Below are positions 25,500 through 39,659 of a stretch of DNA of 64,000 bases, in pieces (within the stretch, counting starts at the first letter, position 1; every line of letters begins with the position of its first letter). Both the position numbers and the translations under genes were made by a program. The notes below the pieces were generated by a model that saw only the letters and a list, made by a program, of their open reading frames with translations, ran no database searches and was not told the DNA's origin. The stretch is from Sphagnum compactum (taxonomy: Eukaryota). The stretch lies in the NCBI GenBank assembly GCA_965153455.1, contig OZ234493.1:14870213-14934212 (forward strand). Reading direction: 5' to 3'.

Positions 25500-28400
25500 G
25501 TTTTTAAATAATTCAATGGCCCTTGTCTGACTTCCATGAAGGTTGTAATGAAAACCTAATTTTCCTCGATTAGTTGAATTTTCAAAAATATTGTCGTAGA
25601 GTTTTTCGAATTCATACCTAGCATCAACAACAAAAGCCAACACATCTCATGGAACATCGAAATCAAAAGTTACTCGAGGAATATTTTAAAATTTTCCCTT
25701 ACATGGCTGTCAAACACCGTGCAGAAGAAATTTCGTGGACTCATTGTTTGAACACAAGTTCATCACTCCTTTTTTTTCAGGATCAACATTTGTAACTAAA
25801 CATAAGACAAAACTTTTTGTTCCAAGATTCCTAGACTCTATAATATCACCAGACTGTTATTTGCATATAGCATACAGACAAGGTCAAAATGTGGCTACAC
25901 ATTTCAAAAAAGACATATGAAAACCACATGGCAGCCATCTGATGGTATTAAAACAAAATAACCTTCCAAAAATGACCACATCATAAACAATGGAAAGGAA
26001 ACTATGCTCACTCCAAGAATCTTTATGTTCAAAAATGCAATTTAATTGAAATATGTTCGATGATACAAAATTTGCCAAAAAGAACTTTGAAAATAGGGAG
26101 CCCACCTAGTGGTTGCCAAGTTGGATATCATCAAATAGAAAAACATTTAATGACTTAGTGGCCACTAAGTTGGGATATATTTCTAACATAGAAGAATGAA
26201 CCACTTACTAGCCACCAAGTGGGGATATCTCAAATAGAGAAACATCTACCCACTTAATGGCCATGGAGATATATAGGAAATGGGCAGATTGAATAACTAT
26301 TACAACTTGTACTATTGAAGGGTGAAAGCACACTAGGGTGTAACACTTTTAGGCACATGTGAAAGTCCATAAAGTCCATATGGACTCCATGCACTTTAAT
26401 GAAATTCATACAATGTAATTATATTATATATGAAATCGTAATGTTGAATCCTTTTTCATTTTAATCAACTATATTTAATCACATGGTCAATCTTATAAAA
26501 ATTGCCTTGTGACAACATTTTATGGACAGTGTAATGTGTTTTCACCCTAAATACATCATATTTTCATTCAATCGTAAACAAGACGTTCAAAAACAAAGAT
26601 TAAATAAATTATACAAAAGAAAGAATCTTTGATATTTTATTTAGTTTCATTTTTTATTTATAAGGGCTCAACTCTTTAGTAGGTGCTTTATTGGACACTA
26701 CTTTTAAGGCCTCTTATTCCAACCTTTCAATTAGAACCACCCCAATTGAGGGGTTTTCATCAAAGGATGGCAAGGAAATTTCAACAATATTCTAAGCATT
26801 GGATTACTGTAGAAAGACTTTACTAGATGATGCAATTGTTAGTCCCATTGTGTCTTGAGTCTCCATTTCATCTTGGTGATTATTGGTCAATGCATTTGAG
26901 AATCTTCGCTTCCTCCTTGGTGAGTTGAAGTTTGAACGCTTGGTTTTTCTATGCACCAATTGATTCTTACATGTTTTTGGTGCAGGGCCAAATGGTTGGT
27001 CTAAACATTGACAAATATTTTCATGGATATCACCATTTTCCATCCATATTTTTAAGGCCAACCCCTTCAAGCTGTGGATATTCTTCATTCCTTTAAGTCT
27101 CCATTTCATCACCATTAGGATTCGCTCCACATAGTTTTTTGGGTAATACAAACGGGTGGGATGAAAACATAGAGAGACTCATAGATGCAATTTCCTTGCT
27201 TACTTGTTTCGTGTCTTCAGGAACAAAGTCAAATACCTTGCACTTTCTTTCGTAAAACATTATATAATAAGAAAACTTGTAAAAATTGAATTTCAATATA
27301 TTTGATAAAAACATTTTTGCATCCCAATGAAATATTTACGAGGCACAAATGTATGAGGTCTTCTCCTCCATACTCATTGAAGTAACCCATTCCACTTTGC
27401 AAAACTAGATCCAAAGTTGTTTTGAGGGCCTTGGGACTTAAATCTCATAATTATAAAGCCTTTGTTCAATAAGAAAAAACATACCACTACTATGAACCAA
27501 TGACGAAAGCGATTTGGATCCCAACACATCTTTTTGATGTTTACGCTTAATTGATTAAAGAACAAGTAAGTGTAAAAGGGCGCATGAGTCTTCATGAAGG
27601 TTTCCTTCGTCAAAGGAACCTTTGTATCTATTGCTATGTATTGGCCAAATTCCAAATGAAACTTTTTTTAAAATTAGTATTTGTGTACCATTGCAAAAAA
27701 CTACATACATAAAAAAACCTCTTTATTACACATAAACAATAACTTGGAAGTAGACCTTGTAATTGAGAAGGCCCATGAAGAGGCATTGTTCCCAATTTGG
27801 TCCCTTCCATACTACACACTTTCCAACATAACTATATGTTGTCAACATAAATGCCATAGTCGATAGATGGTACATTGTCCATCAATAATCGATTTGTGCT
27901 GGGATCCCCATCGACAACAGCCTTCAAGTCGCCGAACGCTAGAAGATTTGCATACTTGTAGTGTGTGTCAAGGAGGATTGCTTCCATTTTTAATGTTTCA
28001 AAGTCGGTGTTCTTAGTCCATTGTTGCAACACATCCATAAATGACTAGGGTGGAAGCTTTGGCAAAGGATTGATCTTTATTTTCTACTTATAAAGTCTAA
28101 ATTGTCAACTCACTATCCAAAAGCAAGAAAAGCATGTTGTCATACTTATTTCAAGTGCAATCCTATTAGCATGTACCATTAATAGTCATAACCACTGTTT
28201 AATTTTTTGAATTTTGCATTGTAAATAAATAAATATATATATGTACATATATATAGGATAATTTTTTATATAATTTTTGATAATACATTATGTACACATC
28301 ATAAAAAATTGAAATCAATATAATGAATGAAATACACGTAATTTACACTTTTAAAAACTTGTAACCACTACCTAAAAGCAATTTTGACATTTAAAACACA

Positions 28401-29300
28401 ATTTGAAAATATTCTTTAATGATATTTTTGGATATTTTCTAATATACACCTTAACATTATAGTATCAAATTTTTTTTAAAGATTTTAAATGTTTTTTAAA
28501 GACATATTTAAAATATTTTTAAAATATTTTTCAAAAAAACAATAAAAAACAATGGTCTAAAGGGGCATGTGTGGCTCCTTATAATGTGGTTGGACCATTT
28601 CATCTTCTATTTGTGCCAGTCATTCATCGTGGTGTATGGCATGCGGTTTAGAAACCCATAAAATACCATAATTTCATGACGGATTTTACAATGCTCCTTG
28701 TAATCCTAGCAATATTGAAACATGGTCTTAAATTTTGTTCCCTCTTCAAAGTTTGTCGACCTTGCCCGCGCAACATGAATTCATGGTCCAACAACCTTTG
28801 AACAAGGGTGGCCATTTGGGATTTGCATAACCCAACAAGGTAATTAAATGTGGATTTCCTAATTGGTGCAACTCTCCCAGTTAGCAATTGACGAGTTCCA
28901 TCCAAAATGTTCCCATTTTCCCATTCTTGGAGCACAGTCTCCCATAATGCATATGTTTTATCTAGTAACAATAATATGTTAAAACATTCCTTTATTGATT
29001 TAACTCCGAACATAGAATGAAAAGTATTTTCAAAATCTTAGAACCATACGCATGAAGATTTTCAAGCCTTCACATAAATTTCATGCACGAAATTATATTT
29101 GAGTCCTCTTTAAAACAAATTCTGATTAAAAAAATTAAAGGAATTTGCCTTATATTCCTCATTTGTCCTACGTCTTTCATCAATATCTCATATTGGACAG
29201 TTGTACTCAATCCATATTTGACATGTGTGGATTAGACTTTCCTAGTAAATTAAGGATGTTTCCTTTATCACCTTGGGGTAAAAACACAGTCAAAGGAAAC
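25500..29300 (-). pseudogene. Decayed co-oriented coding fragments of unknown family
   Basis: Chain of broken minus-strand ORFs (28648-29013, 27832-28038, 27374-27655, 26804-27314, 25884-26105) with protein-like composition, on the same strand as the FCP1-like remnants. Family not recognised. Confidence 0.4.
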
Positions 29301-29504
29301 CACCAAAATGAGTGGAATGTTTAAAATTACATTTTTATATGTTTGGAAAATCACAAGTGAAGCATGTAGTTTGGAATATCATAATTTGTTTTTGAATATT
29401 TTCCATTAATTGCAAAGTTTACATATTTAAAGCTTGACACAGATCAAAAATATTTTGCATGTTCAAAGCATTCAAACCTCCTTGTTTTTTTCAAACATCC
29501 TATT

Positions 29505-30428
29505 TTATGCACCCCCAAATTCTTTGGAATATTCAAATGTGAGTCCCAAAATGAAAACAACAAAAGAAAAAGGAGTTGGGGTACGTTTCTTCGCTTGTAG
29601 CACTTCAGGGGTAAAAGGGGCGTGCTGGAACTCCAGGATGGGGACCAGAACAAATTACAAGTGGGTCACTTATTTGTATCGATCTTCATAAACCAAACAA
29701 TAAGTTGGTTAATGCATAGTTATAACACTTTTGTTGCACGAATAAGCCACGAGCATACACGAACTCACAAGATTCACCACAATTCGAACTTGGGGGAAGC
29801 CACCACCTTCCCCCTTCTAATATTCTCTGTGATTGGCCATGGGGATTGGACCCAAATGTCAATTTTCCTGGGTTTCCTAAGTAGGGAGTTTCGAAATTCT
29901 CGAAATTGAAACTCTCGCCACTTTGGAAGCCCATAATTTCTTGTGTAAGCCTTCGACTAAAGCAAGGTCTAAGCAAAGTTGTAGCCTTGTCGATAGCTTT
30001 CCAATGATATGTGTCACATCACCTGCACATACGTAATTTAGGGGTTTAGGGTGATTCCCGACTTTTAGTGGTTGGGAGTCAAATTGACACTTTGACTCCC
30101 CGCCCTTCTTTCAACCATAACTTGTGTTGTAAGTACTCAGATGTATTATGCGAGCCCATTTTAAACATCTATGTCTTAAAATATTTCCAATGATATAAGG
30201 AAGTCCTCAATTCAACAAGTTTGATCCCTCAAATTGCTCTTTGAAAATTCGAGACTCCAAAGGGACTCCAACTCCTAAAGTGGGAGTCCACTTGGGAGTG
30301 TGTGGGCTCATTCCCTCACTCTCTCTCGCATTCCTGAGAGTGTGAATGTGACTCCTGGGTTACATTTTTAGTTTACACCTTTTCCATGCCTTTGCTTTAG
30401 TCGTGAGTCCAAAACTAAGGTTGTGACA
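29505..30428. mobile_element. Probable solo LTR (~0.92 kb)
   Basis: GC-richer island ending ...aaggttgtgaCA and starting ttatgcacccc (decayed TG start). Flanks ctatt/ttgtt are only partly matched. No coding capacity. Resembles an abundant moss repeat from memory; not searched. Confidence 0.55.
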
Positions 30429-32779
30429 TTGTTTTTACCAAATGTGCACCATTTTTTTTAAAAAATCAGAAAGGATTTTAACATTGATGATTAGAAGGCA
30501 AAAGGATTGGAATTGATGAAAATTATTTTTATAATTGATTTGAGAACATTTGGTTCAAAAGTGCTTTTGAACCTAAAACTTATGGATTTTGAAAATATGC
30601 CTTTAACAAAAGTTATTCATGTTTATGTGATACAAAACATGAATACATAATATACATGATATAAAATCAATTTGTAGTCAAAATGTGTTTATATTTAAAA
30701 TGTAGTGTTTAAGGAGGTATTTAAAATAAAAAAATTTAAGTTATAAACCAACACAAAAATGACACATGTTATGTGCAATCCTTAGAAAAGGAGGCAAGTT
30801 GTTGCATGAGCCTAGAGCTTGAGCCTAGAACCAAGAGCTAAAACTTGGGATGGTAAAATTGCTTATCCTTTTTACACATGTAAGTAAAACCCAAGAATTT
30901 AATCACAAATTAAATGTTATACAAGTAAACCTAGAAGCAAACATGGGGATGAATGTAAGCTGTCATCCTCATTATGGATGATTTTTTTTTCATTCATCTA
31001 ATGTATGGATGAAAAAAATTTGAATTTACATGTTTTTAATATATGGATGAATATTTATTTTATCATTACATTCTTATCAATGAAACTTTTTTTCCCCATA
31101 GTTTTAATTAACTAAAGCTTCATGAAACACAATTTCATTTTATGTGATATAATATTTGTTGAATAATATAATGTAAATTGCATTATGAATGTATTTGATG
31201 GCTATGGTTTTAAAATGTCATTATTTTCAATATGTCTTAACTATATTACTATTATCATGCTAATATCCACCCCATGGTTGTTGTTATATATATATTTTGG
31301 GCAAACCGACCCAATGTCGTTGACAATAATGAGTTTTTTTTTCCTCTCCAAAGGTCCCACAACTTCCTTCAAACTTATTTATAAACGTCGTGAACAACAA
31401 TGGGATGTTTTTTTCATTCTTCTTCAAGGGTGTTACAATTTTTGTCAAATCTAACAAATGTTTTTGACAATGATGGGTTTTGAATGTTTTAGATATTTTC
31501 AAATTGTCTATTGTCATTGATGACAATGGGGTTATTTTCAATAGTTATTTACTTTCAAGGCACCCTAACTTTTAATAAAATACATATATAGTGTTGTTGA
31601 CAACAATGGGGGGGGGGGGGATAATATTCATCCCATAAGTGAAAAACTCTAGATTGCAATTGAACTAAAACACAACACACAACAAGCAAATCAAATAACA
31701 ACTAAAACCTTAATCATTTTGAACACTAACAAAATGACTAGTTGTGTCTAGGTGGCATGTTTGTTTTGACTAGAAAATAGTAATCACTAGTTGATGTGGC
31801 ATGTGTATTTTGATTAGAAGCTAGCATATTATGTGCTAGTTGATGCTAATTCATAAGTAATATAAATCAAATAAAAAATAAAAAAATTTATATTTAATAA
31901 ATTACAATTTTTAAGGATGTAAAATGTAGGCCTAAGGATGTAGGCCTCTTAGGCATGAATGTAGGCCTTCCTCCCCTAGGCATGTAAACCACTTGTAGGC
32001 CTTTCTTTAGCATGTAGGTCATTTGTAAACTTTAACGCATGGACATGTGTCACAAGAGAAAATTGAACCCCACATCTCTAGAGTGACAAGCAATGTTTTA
32101 ACCATCCAATCATCACTTCATGTGATGACAAATAATGTCATAGAAAAAAATATAAACACACTTTCATTTTGAATTTCACGCATTATAACTTCAAGTCATC
32201 TATATATATATATATCATGAATTCACATAATTATAAATATGAATCAAGATTGGTACTAGGTAACTGGATGATGAATATTTTTGATAATTGGATTAAATTA
32301 GATAATTGGACAATGCTAGCTTTTACCCTCATATGCCCATGGGTAGATACGAGGGTAAATCATGTATACCTTAATTGGCTAACTTGGCTACCTTATTATA
32401 CCTTACCTATTCATAAATCCTATTTTGATTCTGTCCAAGGAATGTGTAGTTGTAAAAACCTGGGTGCTTTCTTTGTAAGGCACCTTACAAGGTGTAACAT
32501 GTGCTTTGACGAGGATGGGCATTTTGACAAATGAAATGCCTGCTCTACAAGCATTTGGTTTTTTGAAATGCTCATCATTGATTTTTCCTAGCTATTATCT
32601 GATGGGTTGGGTACCAGGTATTGCAAGAATTTTTTTATGAAAAAAAAGTGTGACAAGTTTTATGCCATTTGAAGCCCTTCAGGGTGAGCTTTACAGGACT
32701 CTGGCCCACGGTCAGGTCCATCTCACAGGGCCCTTATTCCTGTAATGCCCACCCCTGAAAGGCTTTAGCCTACACTAGT

Positions 32780-34740
32780 TACAGCTAGGAGAAAACATGT
32801 AATGGAAAGTGGCTCTGGAAGTGGACTCTAGAGTTGCAGTGGACCACTGCAAAAGTGCCCTAAAGAAAGGAAGGCCAATCTGGGTCTGCAAAGGGTGGAA
32901 AGTACCTATTGATGAAGAAGAAACTCAAGTTAGAATTTTCCGGTGTAATTTGGGGGGCACCTTACCTTCAGTAAAATTTTGGCTTACCTTTCGATTTTGT
33001 CTTTCCATGCTAAAGTTATCTTTCGGATGAGTTTCAAAACATAGGTATATTGCACAGGGAGTATAATCCAGCCTCGCTCAAATGAATCACAGTCGTCTGA
33101 TATAAAACAATAAGTTTCTTATTTCTTTCCAATGGATAAGGACTAAGGATCTCAAAGGGGACCATTTAGAGAATTCAGGTCCCACACTCAAGAGGTCTCC
33201 CGGCTCCTGCAGAGCCCTCATTCCCAGAACCGTTCTCTGTCCTTACCCTACTGTCCGACCCTACTAGGCAAAGAACATGATCACAAAGTTGGGATTGGAA
33301 TGCAGCAGATGTGAATGGATGGTATTTGTACACTACTTGGATCACTCTTGATCAAGGGTGATGAGGATTGCAGGAGTTGACAGTTTGGGAAGCAATGTAG
33401 GTTTGACTTGACAGTTTCGGAAGCCAGCCACAGTGTTAGGGAAGAATTTGCTGTGCAGAGATTGAGAGTTGGGTGAGAGTAGAGCTAGAGGTCATGCAGA
33501 TTCGTGGGTAAGATATGGCTTGCTGCTTAATTCGGGTGGCTTGGACTCAGTCCTTTCTGCTGTTGAACCCGTAACAGGTTTCTACTACAGGTACTTCTTT
33601 ACACCTCCATACCCCTTGAACTACAATTTTTCCTTGAATCTTCTGGTGAACAATGCCAACATGACTCTAAATCTATGAAGGATCCATGATGTTCTGTTGT
33701 AATAGTTCTTTTGTTTCCATCAAACAAATTTGATGTAGGTTATGACTTTTGACTGCATCTTGCATCCCTTGTCTTACTTCTACACTAGGTGATTGTTTGT
33801 GATGCCTCAAGAAGCCAGAGCGATGGTAGCCAAGGAAGAAATTGGTGTGACGATTGGGGCAATAGCAGGAATATCACCAGTGTTGGTGCATTCTTAATAG
33901 AAGGATTGGCACAAGCATTTGTGTGATGCATCACTTGAAACTGATGCAAAACACAAGAGGGCAATTGAATTTGGCAAAATGCCTACAGAGCTTGCCAAGG
34001 TATGGCTATGTCTGAAGCCCCTGAGTTTGCGGCAGAAAGGTAAGGAAGCAGAAAATGCACTTCAAATGCTAGGTAAACTGGTCTGCATTGCCAGTTTAGG
34101 GATTGGTGTGGTGGACAAGTCTTTGTTAGATTTAAAGCTCCATAATGGGAGTCATTTTGTCATGTGCAGTCTTTGATGAGATTTAAGCTCATTGAGATTC
34201 AAGACATGACTGTGGTGCAGTGACGCACTGGGCACCAAAGCTGTCTGGCATGTACCCCACACACAATGACCCATGAATTACAATTGTGGTACATTGGCCA
34301 AGAAACTCTTGACCTTGAAGCTGCCTAACAAAACAGGGTCCAAAGGGGAGTTTAACATAGATTTGGGGTGCATGTTCCAGGCAGCTATGCTGGAGGATAT
34401 GGTGAAGCAAATGGGCTACAAGTCCTCTCGTTTGGCAGTCATATTCTTAAGTAGTAGTTGGTGCAATTAGGGTTAATACAGATGTGATTGCTAAGCATTT
34501 CCTGCAGGAAGAAGAGGGAGGTACTTACAACCATGTAGCTTCTTTTCCATTTCTGCAACTCTATTTGCTAGGGAAGCATCTGATCATGACTATTATGACA
34601 TCAACCATGCCGAACACTTGAGTTCTCTGTAATGAAACTGCAACATCTGCTACAACATTACAGTTTGTTGAATCATAATGAACACAGGCAGATTTTTTAA
34701 TTGTAGTTGGATGGTACAGAATCTTTCCTCTGTGAAGGGT
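32780..34740 (+). pseudogene. Unknown decayed ORF ('CPWCS' family), copy 3, without LINE
   Basis: Fragments 32809-33030, 33469-33678, 33919-34176 and 34273-34470 align at the protein level with copy 4 (AVEP.T...YRYF.TPPYPLNYNFSLNLLVNNANMTL; GKLVCIASLG.GVVDKSLLDLKLHN; AMLEDMVKQ.GYKSS.LAVIFL.SSWC). Stops and frameshifts present. Confidence 0.55.
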
Positions 34741-36209
34741 TCAAAAAGCATCCCTGTGGGTATCCTCCAGGTATCACAGGAAAAGTTGAAAAATGAGAAT
34801 GAGCCCAGTGCTTTGACCTCAGTAAGGCCTCAAGCCTGTGGCCTCAGCCTTTACCCTACACAAATGAATGCCAGGATTGCAAATTGCAGAACAGGTACTG
34901 ACTGGTTAGGACTCTACTGGATCCGTAAAGAAGACTTAACTATGTTTACCTGGTGTGATCCGTCTAGTGGAATACAGGCCCACAGCCTACGGAACAAAGT
35001 TTTGCAAGAATCAGTTGGGCTTTCAGTAGACATGCCAAAAATTCTCTTATTCTCTTTTATACAATTTGATATGGGATTTTATAGAATTTGGTCCACACTG
35101 ACATTTATGCAATAATGACAAGTGCAAAAGGAATTTCTTTAATACCCCAAAAACCTGCTACTAAAATCTGAATCAAAGTCTCTTTTTCTCCTTTAACCTT
35201 AAGATCTTATGAGTAACAGGCACTTAGAGTGCACATGTGAGGGCTTGGAACCCACAATGGGTTGCAAACTGGTCATGAGGCAAGACAACAACTATGGCTA
35301 TTGCAGATCAACAAGAATCAAGCCTGGCAAGTTGCAAAAGATCAAAACTGTATTCAAGTTCAAGGATCTGGAGCTCGAGGTTTACTTCTTGCACATGGAC
35401 TGCAATCTTGCACAGTACAAGGAGAGCTGGAGAGGAGGACAGAGGAGAACACTCACAGTAAAGATTAGGGCTGGACTGCAAGAGAATCAGGGTGCCAGTG
35501 TTAGTCGGTTGTCAGAAATGGCACCAGATGACCGGCGGTTATCATGACAGTTCTACAGGATATATAACCATGGAACTTCTCAAAAAAATGCAAAATAACC
35601 GGATTCTGCCAGACACCCCACGGTCATTAAAACCATCTACGAAGCGGTCCTGATACATAACCGCAGTTCTCAGAAAACCAAGAACCGAATCTGATATATA
35701 ACTGCAGTTCTCACAAAAATCTATGAACCTGTCAAAATTCTGATACTTTCCCTGTTATTCCCTGAAAACCGCAGGTTCTTTCTAGGGTTTTAAAAGAAGA
35801 AACCAGAGGTTTCTCGATTCCAAACAAATTCAAAATAACCCAAACTTCAGGTTCTTAGATTCTTTAAATTTTCAAAAGCTCTAGAACCAGAGGCTCTTTG
35901 ATTTCTAAATTTCATACAACCAGAAACCGAAGATAATTTGGAAAAATCGAATAACTGACCAAACCTGGTTCTCATCTGGTTACCAAGCAGAATAATTAGC
36001 ATAATTTCCACCCACAGCTTTAGGGGCCCCAAAGAAGCAGATGGGAGCCCAAAACCGGTTCTCAGAAGATACAGGGATTTGTGACAAGCCCTAGGGGTCT
36101 CTAATAAATTTCTCAGCATTTGTTTGGGATAACAGTTTGGGAAACAAATCTGTAGACCTGGCAGCAGCTTTATTGAAGATGAGAGCGGATGCCGCAAATA
36201 GACATCAGA

Positions 36210-37143
36210 TCAGCCTGGTAGATTCTTCAGCGTTCCTGACGTGGGAACCGAATTCGGAATGGAATTGTGAAGCTAATCCTGCGCTCGATCACTGATCAGA
36301 TGCATGCTAGTTAGTTAGAGACCAACTAATAAAGCGAACTCCTCGACACTCAATCTGCAAGCTCAACTCATATATTTTCACAACAGTATTGCTGGCTTCG
36401 ACTAAGCTCACAGGCCGCCTGACTCGGATCTATACAATAGACTTTTAAGTTGCCCTGAACTTCATCAGCTATTTCACTTTTACATTCTCCTCGTCTGCAT
36501 TCCCGCCTTCTGCAGTTCCTGCAAATTAAGAGGGTCGAGTAGTAGTACCATTAGAAAAAAAATTATGGGTCAATAACAATCATGGTTACGTTGGGTGCTC
36601 GCATGACAGCAGGCATAGGGGGTACCCACAAGAATCTCTGGTTCACATGGTTGGTTCGTCTCAAATCGCGGGGAATTGATTCTAGACGCTATGATCATGT
36701 ACAGGACATATTTTGTACAAGTTCAATCTCTGGAAGTTTACAATTTCTCAAAACTAATCGATCACACAGACTTAGTATCTCAAGTGTTTAATCTAGTACT
36801 TACCCATGATTTCTCCAATCCTTGATGATACACGTGATGATGCATTGGGTTCGACTACGACTGCCTGCAACTGAGCGTCATGGGGAGGGATGACAATTGT
36901 TTCCCGCCCATGTGGAACAAACTCTCGAGTAAGCTTGAGAAGATATCGGAGGAGTTTTACCGATTCTTTTGCCAGTCGCACTAAGAGCACGAGACTCAGG
37001 AAAACCAGGATCAGAACTTCCGCATGGGGATCATCAACATCGAACTGCGGGCTTGGAATCAGCAGCTGGAGCTCATGGCTGGAGCTGGTCACCGGTGCCA
37101 TGAGTCGAGGAGGACGTGATCCCGAGCTGGGTGGAGACTTCAT
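36210..37143 (-). CDS. Small single-hydrophobic-segment protein, copy 3 (exon 1 37143-36804, exon 2 36235-36210; 121 aa)
   Basis: Open exon 1, donor G|GTAAGT, inferred acceptor cccacgtcag, exon 2 GTLKNLPG* ending at the homologous TGA. 340+26 nt = 122 codons. Confidence 0.65.
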
Positions 37144-37291
37144 AATCAATTTGTGAGCAGAAGCAGATGATCGACGGTAGTGCTGCAGCTCCTCCCCTCC
37201 TCCTGCAGCTTGTCCTGCAACAGCAAACAAAGCTCACTGGTAAAGACGTCGTTGTAGCCACAAAAGAAGCCTTGAAGATGAAGAAGGAAAA

Positions 37292-37685
37292 GCAGGATGA
37301 AGCACAAGCACTTATGCTTGCTCTATTTGTAGACCCTAGGAAAGTTTTCCTAGAACATCCTGTAACGTCGTTTTTTTCTAGTTGACTAACTGGGCGGGCC
37401 CTATCAGGATAAATTACGAAGGAATCCTTGATTTAGACCCTAGGAAAGTTTTCCTAGAACATCCTGTAACGTCGTTTTTTTCTAGTTGACTAACTGGGCG
37501 GGCCCTATCAGGATAAATTACCAAGGAATCCTTGATTTAGACAAATCAAGGATTCCTTGGTAATTTATCCTGATAGGGCCCGCCCAGTTAGTCAACTAGA
37601 AAAAAACGACGTTACAGGATGTTCTAGGAAAACTTTCCTAGGGTCTACAAATAGAGCAAGCATAAGTGCTTGTGCTTTATCCTGC
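37292..37685. repeat. Fold-back inverted repeat (143-bp arms, 4-nt loop) with a 104-bp tandem duplication in the left arm
   Basis: 37435-37538 is the exact reverse complement of 37543-37646, with loop agac. 37331-37434 is a tandem copy with one mismatch. Outer arm 37292-37330 pairs with 37647-37685 with one mismatch. Confidence 0.97.
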
Positions 37686-37791
37686 CCTTTGCTTGCTTCC
37701 TTGAAGATAAATTTTCACTTTATTCCCGCTCCAACTAGTTGCAACATAATATATGGTATGAAAAAAGCTGCAAGCACACTGTCATGACTCC

Positions 37792-37799
37792 TATAAATA
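37792..37799 (+). promoter_or_regulatory. TATAAATA within the inverted promoter segment (copy 3)
   Basis: Segment 37690-37825 is the reverse-complement homolog of 9945-10080. The same motif is at 51859-51866. Confidence 0.5.
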
Positions 37800-39659
37800 A
37801 TATGTAAATTTGTAGAGGCTTGAGGCTTGAGCCCTGGGGTGGGGGCAATCTCAAATAAGCTACAGCCCTGCCCAGCTCAGCACATTTTGGGAATATCCCC
37901 CACGTGTTAGCAGCCTCACTCAACTTGAATCAGGGTTTCTTTGAGGATTTTGTCATGCAGTCAAAGTGGCGATCATCCAGAAAATAATTTAGCCAAATTT
38001 GGCTACATGTTAGATATGAAAGTAGAAAAAAAAAAGAACCTATGTTGTCTACGTTGTCTTGTGGCTACCTACTAGAAGTTATCATAAAATTCTGATGATT
38101 TGAATTTTTTAGCTTCTTCGAAATCTGGTGAATTCTGGTCATTTCTTTTCCGTGAAAATTCCTTTGCATAGGTCGAAATTTGGCGAAAACTTGCCAGTAA
38201 AAGAAATGCTGACTCAAAGCATGAGGCAAAACCTTACAGTAAGCCAAAACAAATCCAGACTCCCAGGGCATAGGGGTGTGAGGGATCTTATGCCTAGTAT
38301 TTGTGGATCAGGAGGGTCCAATCTATGCCTACCTCTTTAACCCTCCTCTTTTCTAGGAGGTGCATTTCAGGGGGTATACTTGGGGCCAGTGTGTTTTTTA
38401 TTTTTTAATTTTTAGAAATTAAAAAAAATCCAATTTTGTAGGGTAGCAACAGAGGCCAGCATCCCCAGACAGATTTTGACTTAATTAGATGATGTGACTC
38501 CTGAGTTCAAATTTATTTATTTTGTCTTGCAACGAGCTGCTTTGATTTGCCCATCACTGAAAAAATGAAACTATGGAGGCTCTCCAAAATAGAAAGTTCT
38601 GTTTTGAAGTATAGAGTTCATCCCCTTTGGCGCACCTATATAGGTGAAAGGAGGACAACATTTGCCAAAACATATGGGATAAAAGTGAGGTGCTATGAAG
38701 AACATGTTAGGGAACACATTGAGAACTTGGGGAACACATTGGGAACCCATTGAGAACTTGAACGTAAGCTAGTGGGAACACATTGGGAACCAAGGAAGAA
38801 TGAAAAAAAATCCCTGCCCCCCTCCCCCCAAAACTTAAAAGGAAAAAAAGCAAGGCACCTTGCGTGCATGCTCGGGCCTTCCCATTGGCTGCATCAAATT
38901 TCTCTTCCCAAAAGAGTTCGTCACCATTTTCGGCCTGGGCTAATACCCCTTGCACAGAACACCCTACCCATTAAATCATGAATCTAGTGGAGAGACCTGT
39001 AGCAACCACCACCCAAAAAAGAAAATTTTGCAATTTAAAAATTAAAAAAACAATTTGGCAAAAAAGTGAATCAGTGTTGCCAAATGACTATCTGAGGTCA
39101 ATGATATATTTTTCAATTTTCTGATGTTGCATCATTGGCTAGCATCCCAAGAGGGATTTAACATTAATTGGCAACCTATCCAAATAATAAGAAAATTATT
39201 TTTCATAATGCTTCCAAACTAAAATCAGAGTCCAAATGTGGTGAAAATTTTACAACTTTTTTTTTGGAAGTTTGATTATTGTTCCCAATCAAAGAGAAAA
39301 TATTGTGACTGAACATGCTTTTTTTAAAAACATTTCACATTTTGACAAATTTTTACACCGAAAAAAATGATGCTGGAGGCCCTCCAAATACACATAGGAA
39401 ATTTCTCCAAGTGCTTTATTGTATTATACAAGCATTTACGTACCTTAAAGGTTATATGTGAAGCTTGGTGTCTCAATTCTTCTATTTTTTTATGTCCTTT
39501 GAATCTTGATCTCTTGATCGGTGTTTTCATTTCTTTCATTTTTTGATCTTGAAAATTTGGCAAAATTGGTCATTCTTTGTACCCAAATTTGCAATTGGTT
39601 TGGAAATAAAAATCATATGCCACTTGAATTTGATTCAACATAAAAGTTATTGTATTTTA

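Larger units (their letters stand above)
32478..38030. repeat. Segmental duplication unit, copy 3 (paralog of ~41271-52100)
   Basis: Colinear similarity from ggcaccttacaaggtgtaa (32479/41272) to the shared repeat gccaaatttggctacatgttagatatga (~37992/52060). Confidence 0.9.

Noticed and set aside
20178-32411. 10-bp inverted match AATAGGTAAG/CTTACCTATT as TIRs of the 12-kb block
   Set aside because: Too short and AT-rich, and no TSD, so it cannot define the element ends.
36840-37156. Protein-like plus-strand readings of the small gene (WNKLSSKLEKISEEFYRF..., MTIVSRPCG...)
   Set aside because: These are antisense shadows. The first has a TAA in all copies, and the start, splice sites and stop are conserved only on the minus strand.
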